Position numbers and translations under genes: made by a program. A stretch of DNA of 64,000 bases from Promethearchaeia archaeon (GTDB lineage: Archaea > Asgardarchaeota > Lokiarchaeia > Sigyniarchaeales > SOKP01). The stretch lies in assembly GCA_029856145.1 (NCBI GenBank), contig JAHQWK010000019.1:82271-146270 (forward strand), read 5' to 3'. The notes beneath the pieces are model-generated. The model was not told the origin of the DNA and made no database searches. It saw nothing but the letters and a program-made list of their open reading frames with translations. Positions 39,905 to 49,560 of this stretch are shown piece by piece. Positions within the stretch are counted from its first letter, which is position 1. Each line of letters starts with the position of its first letter.

Positions 39905-41239
39905 CTCTTTCATTGTTATATCTCGCTCAATTTTTACCTTTATATTATGTGGGTCATCGATATGTATTATATTTATTGGAGTCATTTCTCTTTTACCAAG
40001 TAAATATGCAGGTTCTTCAGTTAGCTGTTTTTCTTCTTTAGAAATAATTTTTCTCACAAATACATCTGGAAAAACAGGTGTTGAATAGCAATAATGGCAA
40101 AAGGTCCTTTTTTTCGCGAGTTCGAGAATTTCTATGAGTTCTTCATCTGGAACATTACTCTCAACCTTTAATTCAATTTCGAAATTATCAATCATAGAGA
40201 CACCATCTTCAATACCAAATCCCGTGGTTAAATCTATACACATTTTTGAATGAGTTTCTAATTTCTTAAGTTCAATACCGTGTAAACCCGCTAAAGTTGC
40301 AAAGTGTGTAGCAAAATCACCACTAAAACCTGCAATACAGAGCGCTACGGGATGAAAAGATGTTCCACCACCACCTAATATTATGGTTTCATCAGTTTGA
40401 ACTGTTATTTCTCCTGCTGTTTCTGTGGGTAACTTAATTTCGAATTGGGGGCCATATTCTACATTTAATCTCCAGCGGCCTTCCGCTTCAATAAATCTTT
40501 TACATAACGAGCGATTTTGTTTGAATACCTCAACAGTATCTTTATATGTTTCTAAATTTATTCTATTGAGTATTTTTTTACCTTTTATATTTGAATTATT
40601 ATGATAAAGGGATGGTTTTCCATCATTTTTTAAAATAATTTTAGGGATGGTTGAGGTTGCTATACAATAATAACAAAAACAACGCCTTTTTGTAATATCT
40701 GAAATTCTATATAATTCTTCATAACTGGCATCACTTTCAATAAATAATTCAATTTGGTAATGATCAACTATGGGTATGTTTTCTTCAATATTTAATACTG
40801 AAGAGAAATCTAAATCACCCTTAACTCTTATCATTAACTTTTTTAATTCAATCCCTTCCATTGCTGCCCATTTTGCATATGCTGCACAATAACATCCACA
40901 AAATCCTGCCATACATAAAGATATTGGATGGAGTGCTGTACCTCCTCCTCCAAAAAGAGTTAACTCATCCATTTGCACTGTGATTTCTCCTGCTCTTTCA
41001 GTTTTTAACCTTGTTTCAAATTGTGGCCCATATTCCAAATCTAATCGCCATATGCCTTTTACTTCCAAAGTTTTTTTGCAAAGACTGCGATCTTTCATAT
41101 ATTGATCCACAACCTCTCTAAATCCTTTTAAATCAATGCGATTTAATAATATATGCTTTGGTACAGCGAGATCATTTACCTTTTCTTCTATTCTATCAGC
41201 AAGTTTCTTCAGAACATCTGTAAAATTTCCAAATCCCAT
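39899..41239 (-). CDS. tandem-duplicated OsmC/Ohr-like protein
   Basis: Two colinear ~190-aa halves. Each has LNRI.L..........R.LCK......G.WRL..EYGPQFE..L.TE.AGEITVQ.DE....GGGGT..HP..LC.AGF, GIELKKL, and KRR.FC.YC. Confidence 0.65.
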   Translation of the reverse strand: MGFGNFTDVLKKLADRIEEKVNDLAVPKHILLNRIDLKGFREVVDQYMKDRSLCKKTLEVKGIWRLDLEYGPQFETRLKTERAGEITVQMDELTLFGGGGTALHPISLCMAGFCGCYCAAYAKWAAMEGIELKKLMIRVKGDLDFSSVLNIEENIPIVDHYQIELFIESDASYEELYRISDITKRRCFCYYCIATSTIPKIILKNDGKPSLYHNNSNIKGKKILNRINLETYKDTVEVFKQNRSLCKRFIEAEGRWRLNVEYGPQFEIKLPTETAGEITVQTDETIILGGGGTSFHPVALCIAGFSGDFATHFATLAGLHGIELKKLETHSKMCIDLTTGFGIEDGVSMIDNFEIELKVESNVPDEELIEILELAKKRTFCHYCYSTPVFPDVFVRKIISKEEKQLTEEPAYLLGKREMTPINIIHIDDPHNIKVKIERDITMKEL

Positions 41240-41407
41240 GATAGCTTTTATGAAATAGTTAAGTTTTTAAAAATATAATAATATAATCTTATTTGATACC
41301 TTAAATATGAAAGAACAATTATTTCAATCTTTTGTATCAAAAATGTAAAGATAAAAAATATCTAAGAATAAATAAAAAAAAATAAATTGAATTTTAATTG
41401 AAGGTTT

Positions 41408-41806
41408 TTATATATCGCTCATCCTAAAATATAAATCTATTTTATGCTGGAAATCTTCAAAAAAAGATATATCTCCATTCCACTTTATAATATCTTCAAT
41501 TGAAAACATTTTTTCAAACATAGTACCAATCACCGAGCAAATTTTTTGAATTTTTTTCTTATTCGCATCTAATGGTGATCTACATACTAATACAAGTTGG
41601 TTTTCCAGGCAATGAATACAAGAATATTTATTGTTACCAATATTGAATCCTTTCAATTCTCTTCCTGAAACTTTTTGACTGAATGTTTTTATCGCAGAAA
41701 TAAAGAATCCTAAGAAAGTTTTCTCAACATTCTTTTCTCTTGAAAAATCAACTATAGGAACACCTGCCTTAGAAAAAACCCAAAGCTCATCAAGTAATGG
41801 AGACAT
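41408..41806 (-). CDS. small longin/roadblock-like regulatory-fold protein (hypothetical)
   Basis: 132 aa. LWVFSKAGVPIVDFS...FLGFFISAIKTFSQKVSGRELKGFNIGNNKYSCIHCLENQLVLVCRS follows a strand-strand-helix-strand pattern. Homologous to 42299..42640. Confidence 0.4.
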   Translation of the reverse strand: MSPLLDELWVFSKAGVPIVDFSREKNVEKTFLGFFISAIKTFSQKVSGRELKGFNIGNNKYSCIHCLENQLVLVCRSPLDANKKKIQKICSVIGTMFEKMFSIEDIIKWNGDISFFEDFQHKIDLYFRMSDI

Positions 41807-41837
41807 ATTTTAATTATAATTTTTTTCGATTTATATT

Positions 41838-42170
41838 TTATTTTTTAGAACTGGAGCCCATAAGAATTTCTTTATAGGTCTTATAGCTAAGATTAACAAT
41901 TATTAAAACAAATAATCCGCCGAAGATGTAAACAATTGCAACCATAATGTTGGTAATTGCCGTCATTTCAAGAGCTAAAAATATGATGTTAAAAATATAT
42001 CCACCTAAAAACAAAACAATCAATATTTGTATCATTACCCATTTTTTAACTAATTTTGTTGCAGGAAATAACTCTTTTATTCTAATGACAATCAGTAGAC
42101 TAAAAATGAAAAATATTATTCCTCCAATCGAACAGAACAAACTAAAATAGAAATTCAAATCTAAAACCAT
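41838..42170 (-). CDS. small 3-TM membrane protein (hypothetical)
   Basis: 110 aa with three long hydrophobic helices. Lies between the two longin-like paralogs. Confidence 0.55.
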   Translation of the reverse strand: MVLDLNFYFSLFCSIGGIIFFIFSLLIVIRIKELFPATKLVKKWVMIQILIVLFLGGYIFNIIFLALEMTAITNIMVAIVYIFGGLFVLIIVNLSYKTYKEILMGSSSKK

Positions 42171-42298
42171 AATAATACCCTCATTTGTATAATTATTTAT
42201 TTATTAATTTTGAATATTTTCTAATTGTTTTTATCTGTATATAACTTTTTTCTTATAGTAATCTTCAAAATGGTAAGTATATTTTTAATATTAATGAT

Positions 42299-42640
42299 TT
42301 AATCAATTAAATACTTAATTTCTGAAAGGAATCTCTGTTCACTATTTGAAAACACGCTTCTATTTCCCTCAAAATCTTCTATCAGGATTTTAGGATAAAT
42401 CTCAAAAAATCTCTTAGATACAATATCTAATTCTTCATTTACTTTATCCTCTTTAACATTACTATCACAACATGCTAAAAATATAATTTCTTCTTTTTTC
42501 TTTATTGTTATTAATTTGTCCCCCCATTCTATATTTGATAATTCTCCATCTGCTATGTGTTTAGTTAGCGCATTAAAAGCAACTAAAACTTGTCCAAAGA
42601 ATTCAGAACAAAACTCTTGATCATTTATACGGTCAAACAA
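42299..42640 (-). CDS. paralog of 41408..41806 (longin/roadblock-like), 5' end probably longer than the TTG-start ORF
   Basis: FFGQVLVAFNALTKHIADGELSNIEWGDKLITIKKKEEIIFLACCDS aligns with the paralog. Another 20 in-frame sense codons continue up to the stop at 42701-42703 and encode the missing first strand (LFENFAILDKKNNIL). Confidence 0.45.
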   Translation of the reverse strand: MFDRINDQEFCSEFFGQVLVAFNALTKHIADGELSNIEWGDKLITIKKKEEIIFLACCDSNVKEDKVNEELDIVSKRFFEIYPKILIEDFEGNRSVFSNSEQRFLSEIKYLID

Positions 42641-43230
42641 AATATTGTTCTTTTTATCTAAAATAGCAAAATTTTCAAATAATTTTCCCAGTGAAATCGC
42701 CTACTAAATATTTTCTTTAAAATGCAATTTTTGTTAAATAAATATTGATAATTCTTATTAAAATACTTATTAAAATCGTATTAATGAAATTATTTATTTG
42801 TATGTTCTCTCTAATCAATAATCATAAATTTAGATTATTTTTAATTTCCAGTCAAAATTGTCAATTTATTGAAAGACAAATAATTTGATATTTATTCTTT
42901 TATTTTTTATTATATTTTCCATTGAAAGAAGGTAAATTAATAAATACTAATTAAATTTATTTATTCAAATATAAATTGATTAAAATTGAATAAAATTAAC
43001 TAAAATAAAAAATAATAGTTAAATCTTAAGAATATTTTTATAATAAAACTCAAAAAGCTTTATCAATTTTTAAAATTCTAAAACTCACGGATAATTAAAT
43101 AATTTTGAGGTGAAATTCTATTAGTATTGATTGGCTTAAAGTAGAAGAAGAACCAGAAAGAACTTTTAAAGTAGAAGGTAGGTTTCTCTTAGATCTCTAT
43201 GCAAAGACTAATGATTTAGAAAAAAGTATA

Positions 43231-43812
43231 ATGAATTATAGGGAAACAGCGAGAAAAGCCATTGAAGATTTTGAAGAAGCCAAAACAGAATTAACAGAAT
43301 TAGATAAATTAAAAGAGGAATTACCCGTTGTTAACAAGAATCTTGATGAATTAAAGGGAAAAAATAGAAAATTAGAAGATGATTTAAATAATAATCAGCA
43401 AATTATCAATGAATTAGAAGCAAAGTTGAAAGAATCAGAAACTAAAATAAAAAGTTTAGAAATTGAATTTAAAAATCAAAAAAACCATAGTGTTAATAAG
43501 GAAAAGGAGTTAGAATCATTGAAAAATGATTTAGAAGCTAAAATTGCGAAAAATCAAGAAAAACTTGATTTAGCTGAAAACAATTTAGCTAAGAAGGCTA
43601 AGGAAAATGAAAGTATTAAGGCGGAATATGAGGAAAAAATTGAAGATACTAAAAAAAAACTTGTAGATTTAGAATCCAGAAATCGAACATTGGAAGCTCA
43701 GATTTTAGATGCTGTTAGATTACCTAAAATATTAAAAGATATTAGAAATATATTGGTACATAAAGGTTTTATCTCAGAAAAAGAATTTGAAGATATTATG
43801 AAACAAAAATAA
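43231..43812 (+). CDS. coiled-coil protein (hypothetical); possible ATT start at 43120
   Basis: 193 aa, Lys/Glu/Leu-rich heptad sequence. A further 37 stop-free in-frame codons lie upstream, preceded by GAGGTGA at 43107-43113. Confidence 0.6.
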   Translation: MNYRETARKAIEDFEEAKTELTELDKLKEELPVVNKNLDELKGKNRKLEDDLNNNQQIINELEAKLKESETKIKSLEIEFKNQKNHSVNKEKELESLKNDLEAKIAKNQEKLDLAENNLAKKAKENESIKAEYEEKIEDTKKKLVDLESRNRTLEAQILDAVRLPKILKDIRNILVHKGFISEKEFEDIMKQK

Positions 43813-44103
43813 TAAAATTAAAGAAAAAAATTATTGGTATTTCAATACGATTTAATAATTTTTCTGATAGGCTTATAAAATCCTATTTTTCTAGTTTTTT
43901 TAAAAAAGATATGATTAGGTATTTTGAAATATTGATTTTATCTCTATTAATCCCCTCAACCTATTATTCATTTTGGTATTTAAAAAGATATATATAAAAC
44001 TTCTAATACTACTGATTTAAGAGAGATAAAAAAGTATTTTAGCCCTCGAAAGAGGTTTAATTTTTATTTAGATTTTTTTCAGATCTTTAAATTTGAAGAA
44101 GGG

Positions 44104-45543
44104 ATGGGTATTAAAATAAATAACTCTAAGAATATTAAAGAAGATGATGATAACGACATCGTAAATTTAAAGGAAGAAACCAAGTTCCTGTTAAAAAAAT
44201 TAAAGTTAGCATTATTTCTTTCAATTATAATAATTCTAATGATCTATACTTTAATTGATGTTTATGTTCATCATGGGGGGGATTTACAGAAAACAATTTT
44301 TACATTAAATTTTCACGAATTTTGGACATATCTAATTATATTGACTTTCTTGGTCTTTATTTACATTTTTGGTTATTTTATTATTAAGAAACTAGTTTCT
44401 CTTGATCATATAATTAAAGAATCCGAAGAACGATATTTAAGGTTAATAACTGGAGCATACGATTTATTTACAAGTATTCAAGATGGAATTGTCGTACTTG
44501 ATAAGCATTTCAATATTATTCACGTGAATCCTACTATTGAAAAATGGTATTCTCATAAAAATCAAATTATTGGGAAAAAATGTTATGAAATCTATGAAAA
44601 TCGATGTGAAATATGTGAAGACTGTCCAAATTTAAGCTTAATCGAAGATAATATCATTAAGAGTAAAATTCATCTTACTTATGATAAAAATAATAATCAA
44701 AATGGTTGGTTAGAAGTATACTCTTTTCCTCTATTTTATCAGAATACTTCTAAACTGGTTGGATTCATTAATTATTGTAAAGATAAAACTGAATATATTA
44801 AAGCACAACAATTGATTATTGAGGAAAATAAAAAATTATTAGAACTTAATCAATCCAGAAAAAATATGATTACAAGGGTTTCCCATGAATTCAAAACACC
44901 ATTAAACTCTATTCAAAGTGCAACCCAACACATTCTCACTAATTATAGTGATCTAATAGATCCTAAAATCTCTCAATTTTTTGATATAATTCACAAAGGA
45001 GGATTAAGACTAACAGCATTAGTTGAAAATATTTTAGATATCTCAATGATAGAATCGGGAAAATTTATATTGAATAAAGAAAAAATAAATATTTGCGAAA
45101 CTGTTCACAAGTGCATTGATGAGATTATCCTTTTAGCCATTAAACGTAATTTAACTTTTAAATCAAATTTATCTAATACATTTTTTTTAGAAATTGATCC
45201 TATTAGAATAGAACAAGTAATTTTAAACTTATTATCAAATGCTATTAAAAATACTCCTCCAGAAGGGGAGATCTACATCAATATTTTTGATAAAAATAAT
45301 CATGTTGATTTAGAAATTAAAGATACTGGTATAGGCCTAAAAAAAGAAGAAATAAATCAATTATTCCTTCCGTTTGGCAAGATTGAACGGTATGGAAAAA
45401 ATTTAAATGTAGATATTGAAGGCACAGGGATTGGACTCTACTTATCGAAAGAAATTGTTGAGTTACATGGTGGAAAGATTTTAGTAGAATCTCAAGGGAG
45501 GGATCAAGGCTCCACTTTCACTATAAGACTTTATAGAAATTGA
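44104..45543 (+). CDS. membrane PAS sensor histidine kinase
   Basis: Two TM segments; PAS domain with Cys cluster CYEIYENRCEICEDC; H-box SHEFKTPLNSI; N-box LLSNAIKNT; G-boxes DTGIGL and GTGIGLYLSKEIVELHGGKI. Confidence 0.85.
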   Translation: MGIKINNSKNIKEDDDNDIVNLKEETKFLLKKLKLALFLSIIIILMIYTLIDVYVHHGGDLQKTIFTLNFHEFWTYLIILTFLVFIYIFGYFIIKKLVSLDHIIKESEERYLRLITGAYDLFTSIQDGIVVLDKHFNIIHVNPTIEKWYSHKNQIIGKKCYEIYENRCEICEDCPNLSLIEDNIIKSKIHLTYDKNNNQNGWLEVYSFPLFYQNTSKLVGFINYCKDKTEYIKAQQLIIEENKKLLELNQSRKNMITRVSHEFKTPLNSIQSATQHILTNYSDLIDPKISQFFDIIHKGGLRLTALVENILDISMIESGKFILNKEKINICETVHKCIDEIILLAIKRNLTFKSNLSNTFFLEIDPIRIEQVILNLLSNAIKNTPPEGEIYINIFDKNNHVDLEIKDTGIGLKKEEINQLFLPFGKIERYGKNLNVDIEGTGIGLYLSKEIVELHGGKILVESQGRDQGSTFTIRLYRN

Positions 45544-45544
45544 C

Positions 45545-46279
45545 TTATAATAGATTAAACAATTTTTCAAATTCTAAAAAATTAAAAGGTTTTAAAAAAT
45601 ATCCATCTGCCATTGTTTCCTTAATTTTTGCTCTAACTTCATTTCCAGGAACAGCAGTTATATAAAATACATAAATATCTTTATATCTATCGTCTAACTT
45701 TATTTTCCTACAAATCTCATAACCATTAACGTCGGGGAGAAGAATATCTAGTAGAATTAATTTAGGGCGATATACTTCTAATTCTTTAAATGTTTCTGAA
45801 CCTGATACAACATCTTTACAAGTAAATCCTTTTATCTGAAAAAAATCAAGTAAAACCTTATTTGTAGAAACATCATCATCAACTAATAATATATCATACT
45901 CAACGCTCTCTTGTTGATAATCACCTAGAGTATTTGCTATAATTCCTTCAAGAATTAAGCTTTGATCATACACTTCTTTTATTTTAGATAAAATACCCCA
46001 ATCTAATTTACTCTTATAATTTTCAATTAACAAATGTGAGAATCCCTTAATAGCAGTTAAAGGTTGTTTTAAATTATGCGATAATTTTGAAATTGTTGTC
46101 ACCGGACTTGGTCTTAAACTAGACTCAATATACGATTCAACAGATTTTCTGATTAATTTCGATAAAGTGGAATAATTTTTATTTTTACTAAAATCCAACC
46201 ATCTGTTCTTTGTATCCTCAGATACTAAAATTGTAATCCGTTCTTTTTCTTGTTTATCTTTATTATTTTTTTTTGCCAT
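45545..46279 (-). CDS. response regulator with N-terminal RHH-like and HisKA-like (DHp) segments
   Basis: REC: [31 protein letters not shown]. Preceded by H-box-like LSHNLKQPLTAIKGFSHLL and an N-terminal ITILVSEDTKNRW...STLSKLIRKSVESYI. Confidence 0.75.
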   Translation of the reverse strand: MAKKNNKDKQEKERITILVSEDTKNRWLDFSKNKNYSTLSKLIRKSVESYIESSLRPSPVTTISKLSHNLKQPLTAIKGFSHLLIENYKSKLDWGILSKIKEVYDQSLILEGIIANTLGDYQQESVEYDILLVDDDVSTNKVLLDFFQIKGFTCKDVVSGSETFKELEVYRPKLILLDILLPDVNGYEICRKIKLDDRYKDIYVFYITAVPGNEVRAKIKETMADGYFLKPFNFLEFEKLFNLL

Positions 46280-46540
46280 TCCTTTACTTCCCCTTTACAA
46301 TTTAGAATTTATGTATTATATTTCTAGTTTTTCTAATTTTTTAGGAATTTTAGAATAAAAATTTGAAGATTATTATAATTTTAAGAAACCTTAATTTACA
46401 AAATTATTAAACCTATATTTAAATTTATTTTAAACCATACAAAAAAAGACATATTGCATATAACCAGTAATTATTTTGAAGATTTTAAGGATATAAACTT
46501 CAAATACCAGATTGTAAGAAAAAGTACAATACTTTTATTA

Positions 46541-46583
46541 AAAAATAGGGGGTTTATCTTTAAGATAAGTTCCCCCTATTTTT
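46541..46583. other. 43-nt near-perfect palindrome / hairpin
   Basis: AAAAATAGGGGG (46541-52) pairs perfectly with CCCCCTATTTTT (46572-83). The inner TTATCTT (46554-60) pairs with AAGATAA (46562-68). Checked base by base. Confidence 0.6.
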
Positions 46584-46669
46584 GGAAGGGATTTTTAGGA
46601 TTTGCTTTATTATTATTTACATAAAATTTTATTTATTCTATATCCATTCTGATAATATTTAAAAAATAT

Positions 46670-46678
46670 AAAAAAAAA
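46670..46678 (-). terminator. oligo-T tract (T9 on minus strand) downstream of the MCP gene
   Basis: A9 on the plus strand, 21-29 nt beyond the MCP stop at 46699. Confidence 0.45.
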
Positions 46679-46698
46679 TTGATTTTTTTACCACCTAA

Positions 46699-48432
46699 TT
46701 ATTCCATATTAATTTCGGTTTCTTTAGATTTTTTGAATGCATTTGTTACTTTTAGAATTCTACTCTTTGATTCTTTTTCAGGTTTCTGAGGTTTCTTTTT
46801 TGATACTGTACCATTTCCACCATGTTCAGCGAGTTGATTTTTTAAATCTTCTGATAGTGTTCCTAATCTATTAGCAGTAGCAGTTATTTCTTCCATCGAA
46901 GCTGTTTGTTGTTCTGAAGATGCACTAATTCCTTCCAATGCTCGAGAGTTCTCTTCCCCTGCGGCTGTTGTGGATTCAATATCTTGTGTTATAGCTCCTA
47001 TTAACTCAACTGTAGATTGGATACGATTTGTTATCTCCCGGATTTCTAATCCCGTCTGATCAACCGCACTTTTAGATTCCTCAGCAAGTTTCCGAACCTC
47101 ATCTGCTACTACCGCAAAACCTCGCCCATGTTCACCTGCTCTTCCTGCTTCTATACTTGCGTTGAGCGCTAAAAGATTTGTTTGATCTGAAATACTTGTT
47201 ATCATATCCATAATTCTATTAATATCCGTTGTTGATTTCATGGTTTGATGAGAAAGATCATTGATATTACTTGACATCTTACTGATATCTACAAGAGAAT
47301 TTACTTGACTTTGAACATTCATAGATACTTCCTGAGTGGTTGAGGCAATTTCTTCAGATGCAGCATTTACTTCACTTGCACTCGCAGCTAATTCAGTGGC
47401 CATATTAGATACATTAATACTTGCATTAGAACCAGTAGCTAAAACTCTCTCCATATTTTTGGTAACTCTTATAATCCCTCTAACTGTAGGGACTGCTATA
47501 ACTATTCCTAATCCAATTGCTATCGCCAATGTTATTATCGTAATAGTTAATGCTGTAAGGACTGTGACATTAGCATTATTTACCGATTGTGCAACGCTAG
47601 CATCAAGTTGAACTACAAGATCCTCAAGATGTCCCGCCATTTCATCATAATTTGCTTCAAGATCTTCACTCTCAATCCATGCTAGTTGATAATGAGTTAT
47701 AAGCTCTAATATTCTGTCAACAGCGCCCTCACCGTCAATTCTCTCGTGCCAATATAATAAAGTATCGATCTCTGCTACTAATGAAGCATTTGTGTCACTT
47801 TTTAATGTTGGGATTAAAGCACTGAATTCGGATTCAGCATCCGTTATAGGAGATGTACTAGCAGTACCATTTCTATTTAAAACATATTCATGCATATAAT
47901 GTTCTTCTACATCCCTCCAATATAACATTAAATTCGCAGTTTCTCTAGATAGACTATCTTGAGCATTATTAATTATGTAGAAAAGACTATTTTCCCATGT
48001 TTCTACATTTTCATGAACCCAATGTATATCTTCAAATGCTTCTTCAAAAAGATCAAACATTCCCGTATCAACAGTTTTACAGTCGTTTACCATCAAACTA
48101 AAATGTTGTCGTACTTCCTCCAATTCCAATGTATACTCTGGAAGTACTGCTTCAAGTTCCGTCAAATGTTCGTTCAATTCTGCAACTTCATCATCAAATG
48201 CAAGTTCTGTTCCTACAGTTTCTCCTAATTCAAATTCATGCATTAGATGAGACATCTGATTTCCATGATATTTGATTTCTCGAGAATCTTCTACTGCAAC
48301 TAAATATTTATTAGTTATAATCTGAATATTAGCATTAACAGCAGTGATTTGGAAGATCCCAATAATTCCGATGATTGTACATAATATAATCAAAACAGAG
48401 AATCCAAAGACCATTCTTCTTCTAATATTCAT
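46699..48432 (-). CDS. methyl-accepting chemotaxis protein
   Basis: Two TM segments flank a helical sensor domain. Highly conserved signalling hairpin [34 protein letters not shown]. Confidence 0.85.
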   Translation of the reverse strand: MNIRRRMVFGFSVLIILCTIIGIIGIFQITAVNANIQIITNKYLVAVEDSREIKYHGNQMSHLMHEFELGETVGTELAFDDEVAELNEHLTELEAVLPEYTLELEEVRQHFSLMVNDCKTVDTGMFDLFEEAFEDIHWVHENVETWENSLFYIINNAQDSLSRETANLMLYWRDVEEHYMHEYVLNRNGTASTSPITDAESEFSALIPTLKSDTNASLVAEIDTLLYWHERIDGEGAVDRILELITHYQLAWIESEDLEANYDEMAGHLEDLVVQLDASVAQSVNNANVTVLTALTITIITLAIAIGLGIVIAVPTVRGIIRVTKNMERVLATGSNASINVSNMATELAASASEVNAASEEIASTTQEVSMNVQSQVNSLVDISKMSSNINDLSHQTMKSTTDINRIMDMITSISDQTNLLALNASIEAGRAGEHGRGFAVVADEVRKLAEESKSAVDQTGLEIREITNRIQSTVELIGAITQDIESTTAAGEENSRALEGISASSEQQTASMEEITATANRLGTLSEDLKNQLAEHGGNGTVSKKKPQKPEKESKSRILKVTNAFKKSKETEINME

Positions 48433-48769
48433 ATTTTCACCTTATTTGATTTAATTATGATTTTTGTATAAAATTATCATTTTTGTGTAATTTCTTTTTT
48501 TTTTATTAGATTCTTATAATTTATACTATGCGATCTTTTAAAAATCATAATTATTTGATAAAACAAATATTATTTAAGTGTTAACTATTATAAGAAATTA
48601 CTATAGATCATCACAATTATGATAACAAAAAATAATTAACCTAAGAAAAAGTATAATTAATCACTGATATGATAGAATTCATTATAATGAATAATGGATC
48701 TAAAACATTTTTAAGAATATAAAGAATTCAAACACATAATTCAATATATTTCTAAGATGGATTATACAA

Positions 48770-49531
48770 ATGGTTGATGAAGATAAGTTATTAAAGGCAG
48801 CACAGATTATAAAAGATTCTAACTATATTGTGGTATTTTCTGGAGCTGGAATTTCTACAGAATCGGGAATAGATGATTTTCGTAGTCCTGGTGGTCTTTG
48901 GGAGCAATATGATCCTAATATTTACGCAAGCTATCAGTATTTTTTGCAGGATCCTTCTCTTTTCTGGAAAATGCATAAAGAAGTTGAAGAATTAGTTGGT
49001 GAAGCAGATCCTAATCAAGCACATTTAGCTATTGCCGAATTAGAAAGAATGGGTAAAGTAAAAGCTGTTATAACTCAAAATATTGATATGTTGCATCAAA
49101 AAGCAGGAAGTGGGCAAAAGGGAGCGAAAATTTACCAACTACATGGAGAGTATGGAAAACTTCATTGTATTAAATGTGGAAATGAATACAATTTCGATGA
49201 GATAGACACTAATAGTGTAGATTACCCTGTATGTGAGTGTTCAGGATATATCAAACCTAAAGTTGTATTGTTTGGTGAATCTCTCCCTCATGGTGTTTTG
49301 GAAAGTGCAATGAATGAGTGTAGCAATGCAGATTGTCTAATAGTTATAGGAAGTTCTCTATTGATATCACCTGCCAATTTTATACCATCAATTGCTAAGC
49401 AATATGGTGCGAAGCTCGTATTTATAAATCGTGAAAATACTATAATGGATGATCTTGCGGATGTTTTTTTAAAAGGAAGTGCTGGTGAGACTTTCACAAA
49501 ATTACTGAAAATGGTAAAATCTAATATTTAA
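48770..49531 (+). CDS. cobB: NAD-dependent protein deacylase, canonical sirtuin (CobB/Sir2)
   Basis: GAGISTESGIDDFRSPGGLW, TQNIDMLH, catalytic His in QLHGE, Zn site CIKCG...CECSG. Confidence 0.9.
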   Translation: MVDEDKLLKAAQIIKDSNYIVVFSGAGISTESGIDDFRSPGGLWEQYDPNIYASYQYFLQDPSLFWKMHKEVEELVGEADPNQAHLAIAELERMGKVKAVITQNIDMLHQKAGSGQKGAKIYQLHGEYGKLHCIKCGNEYNFDEIDTNSVDYPVCECSGYIKPKVVLFGESLPHGVLESAMNECSNADCLIVIGSSLLISPANFIPSIAKQYGAKLVFINRENTIMDDLADVFLKGSAGETFTKLLKMVKSNI

Positions 49532-49560
49532 AATTTAAGATTTTCAATAATCATATGAAT

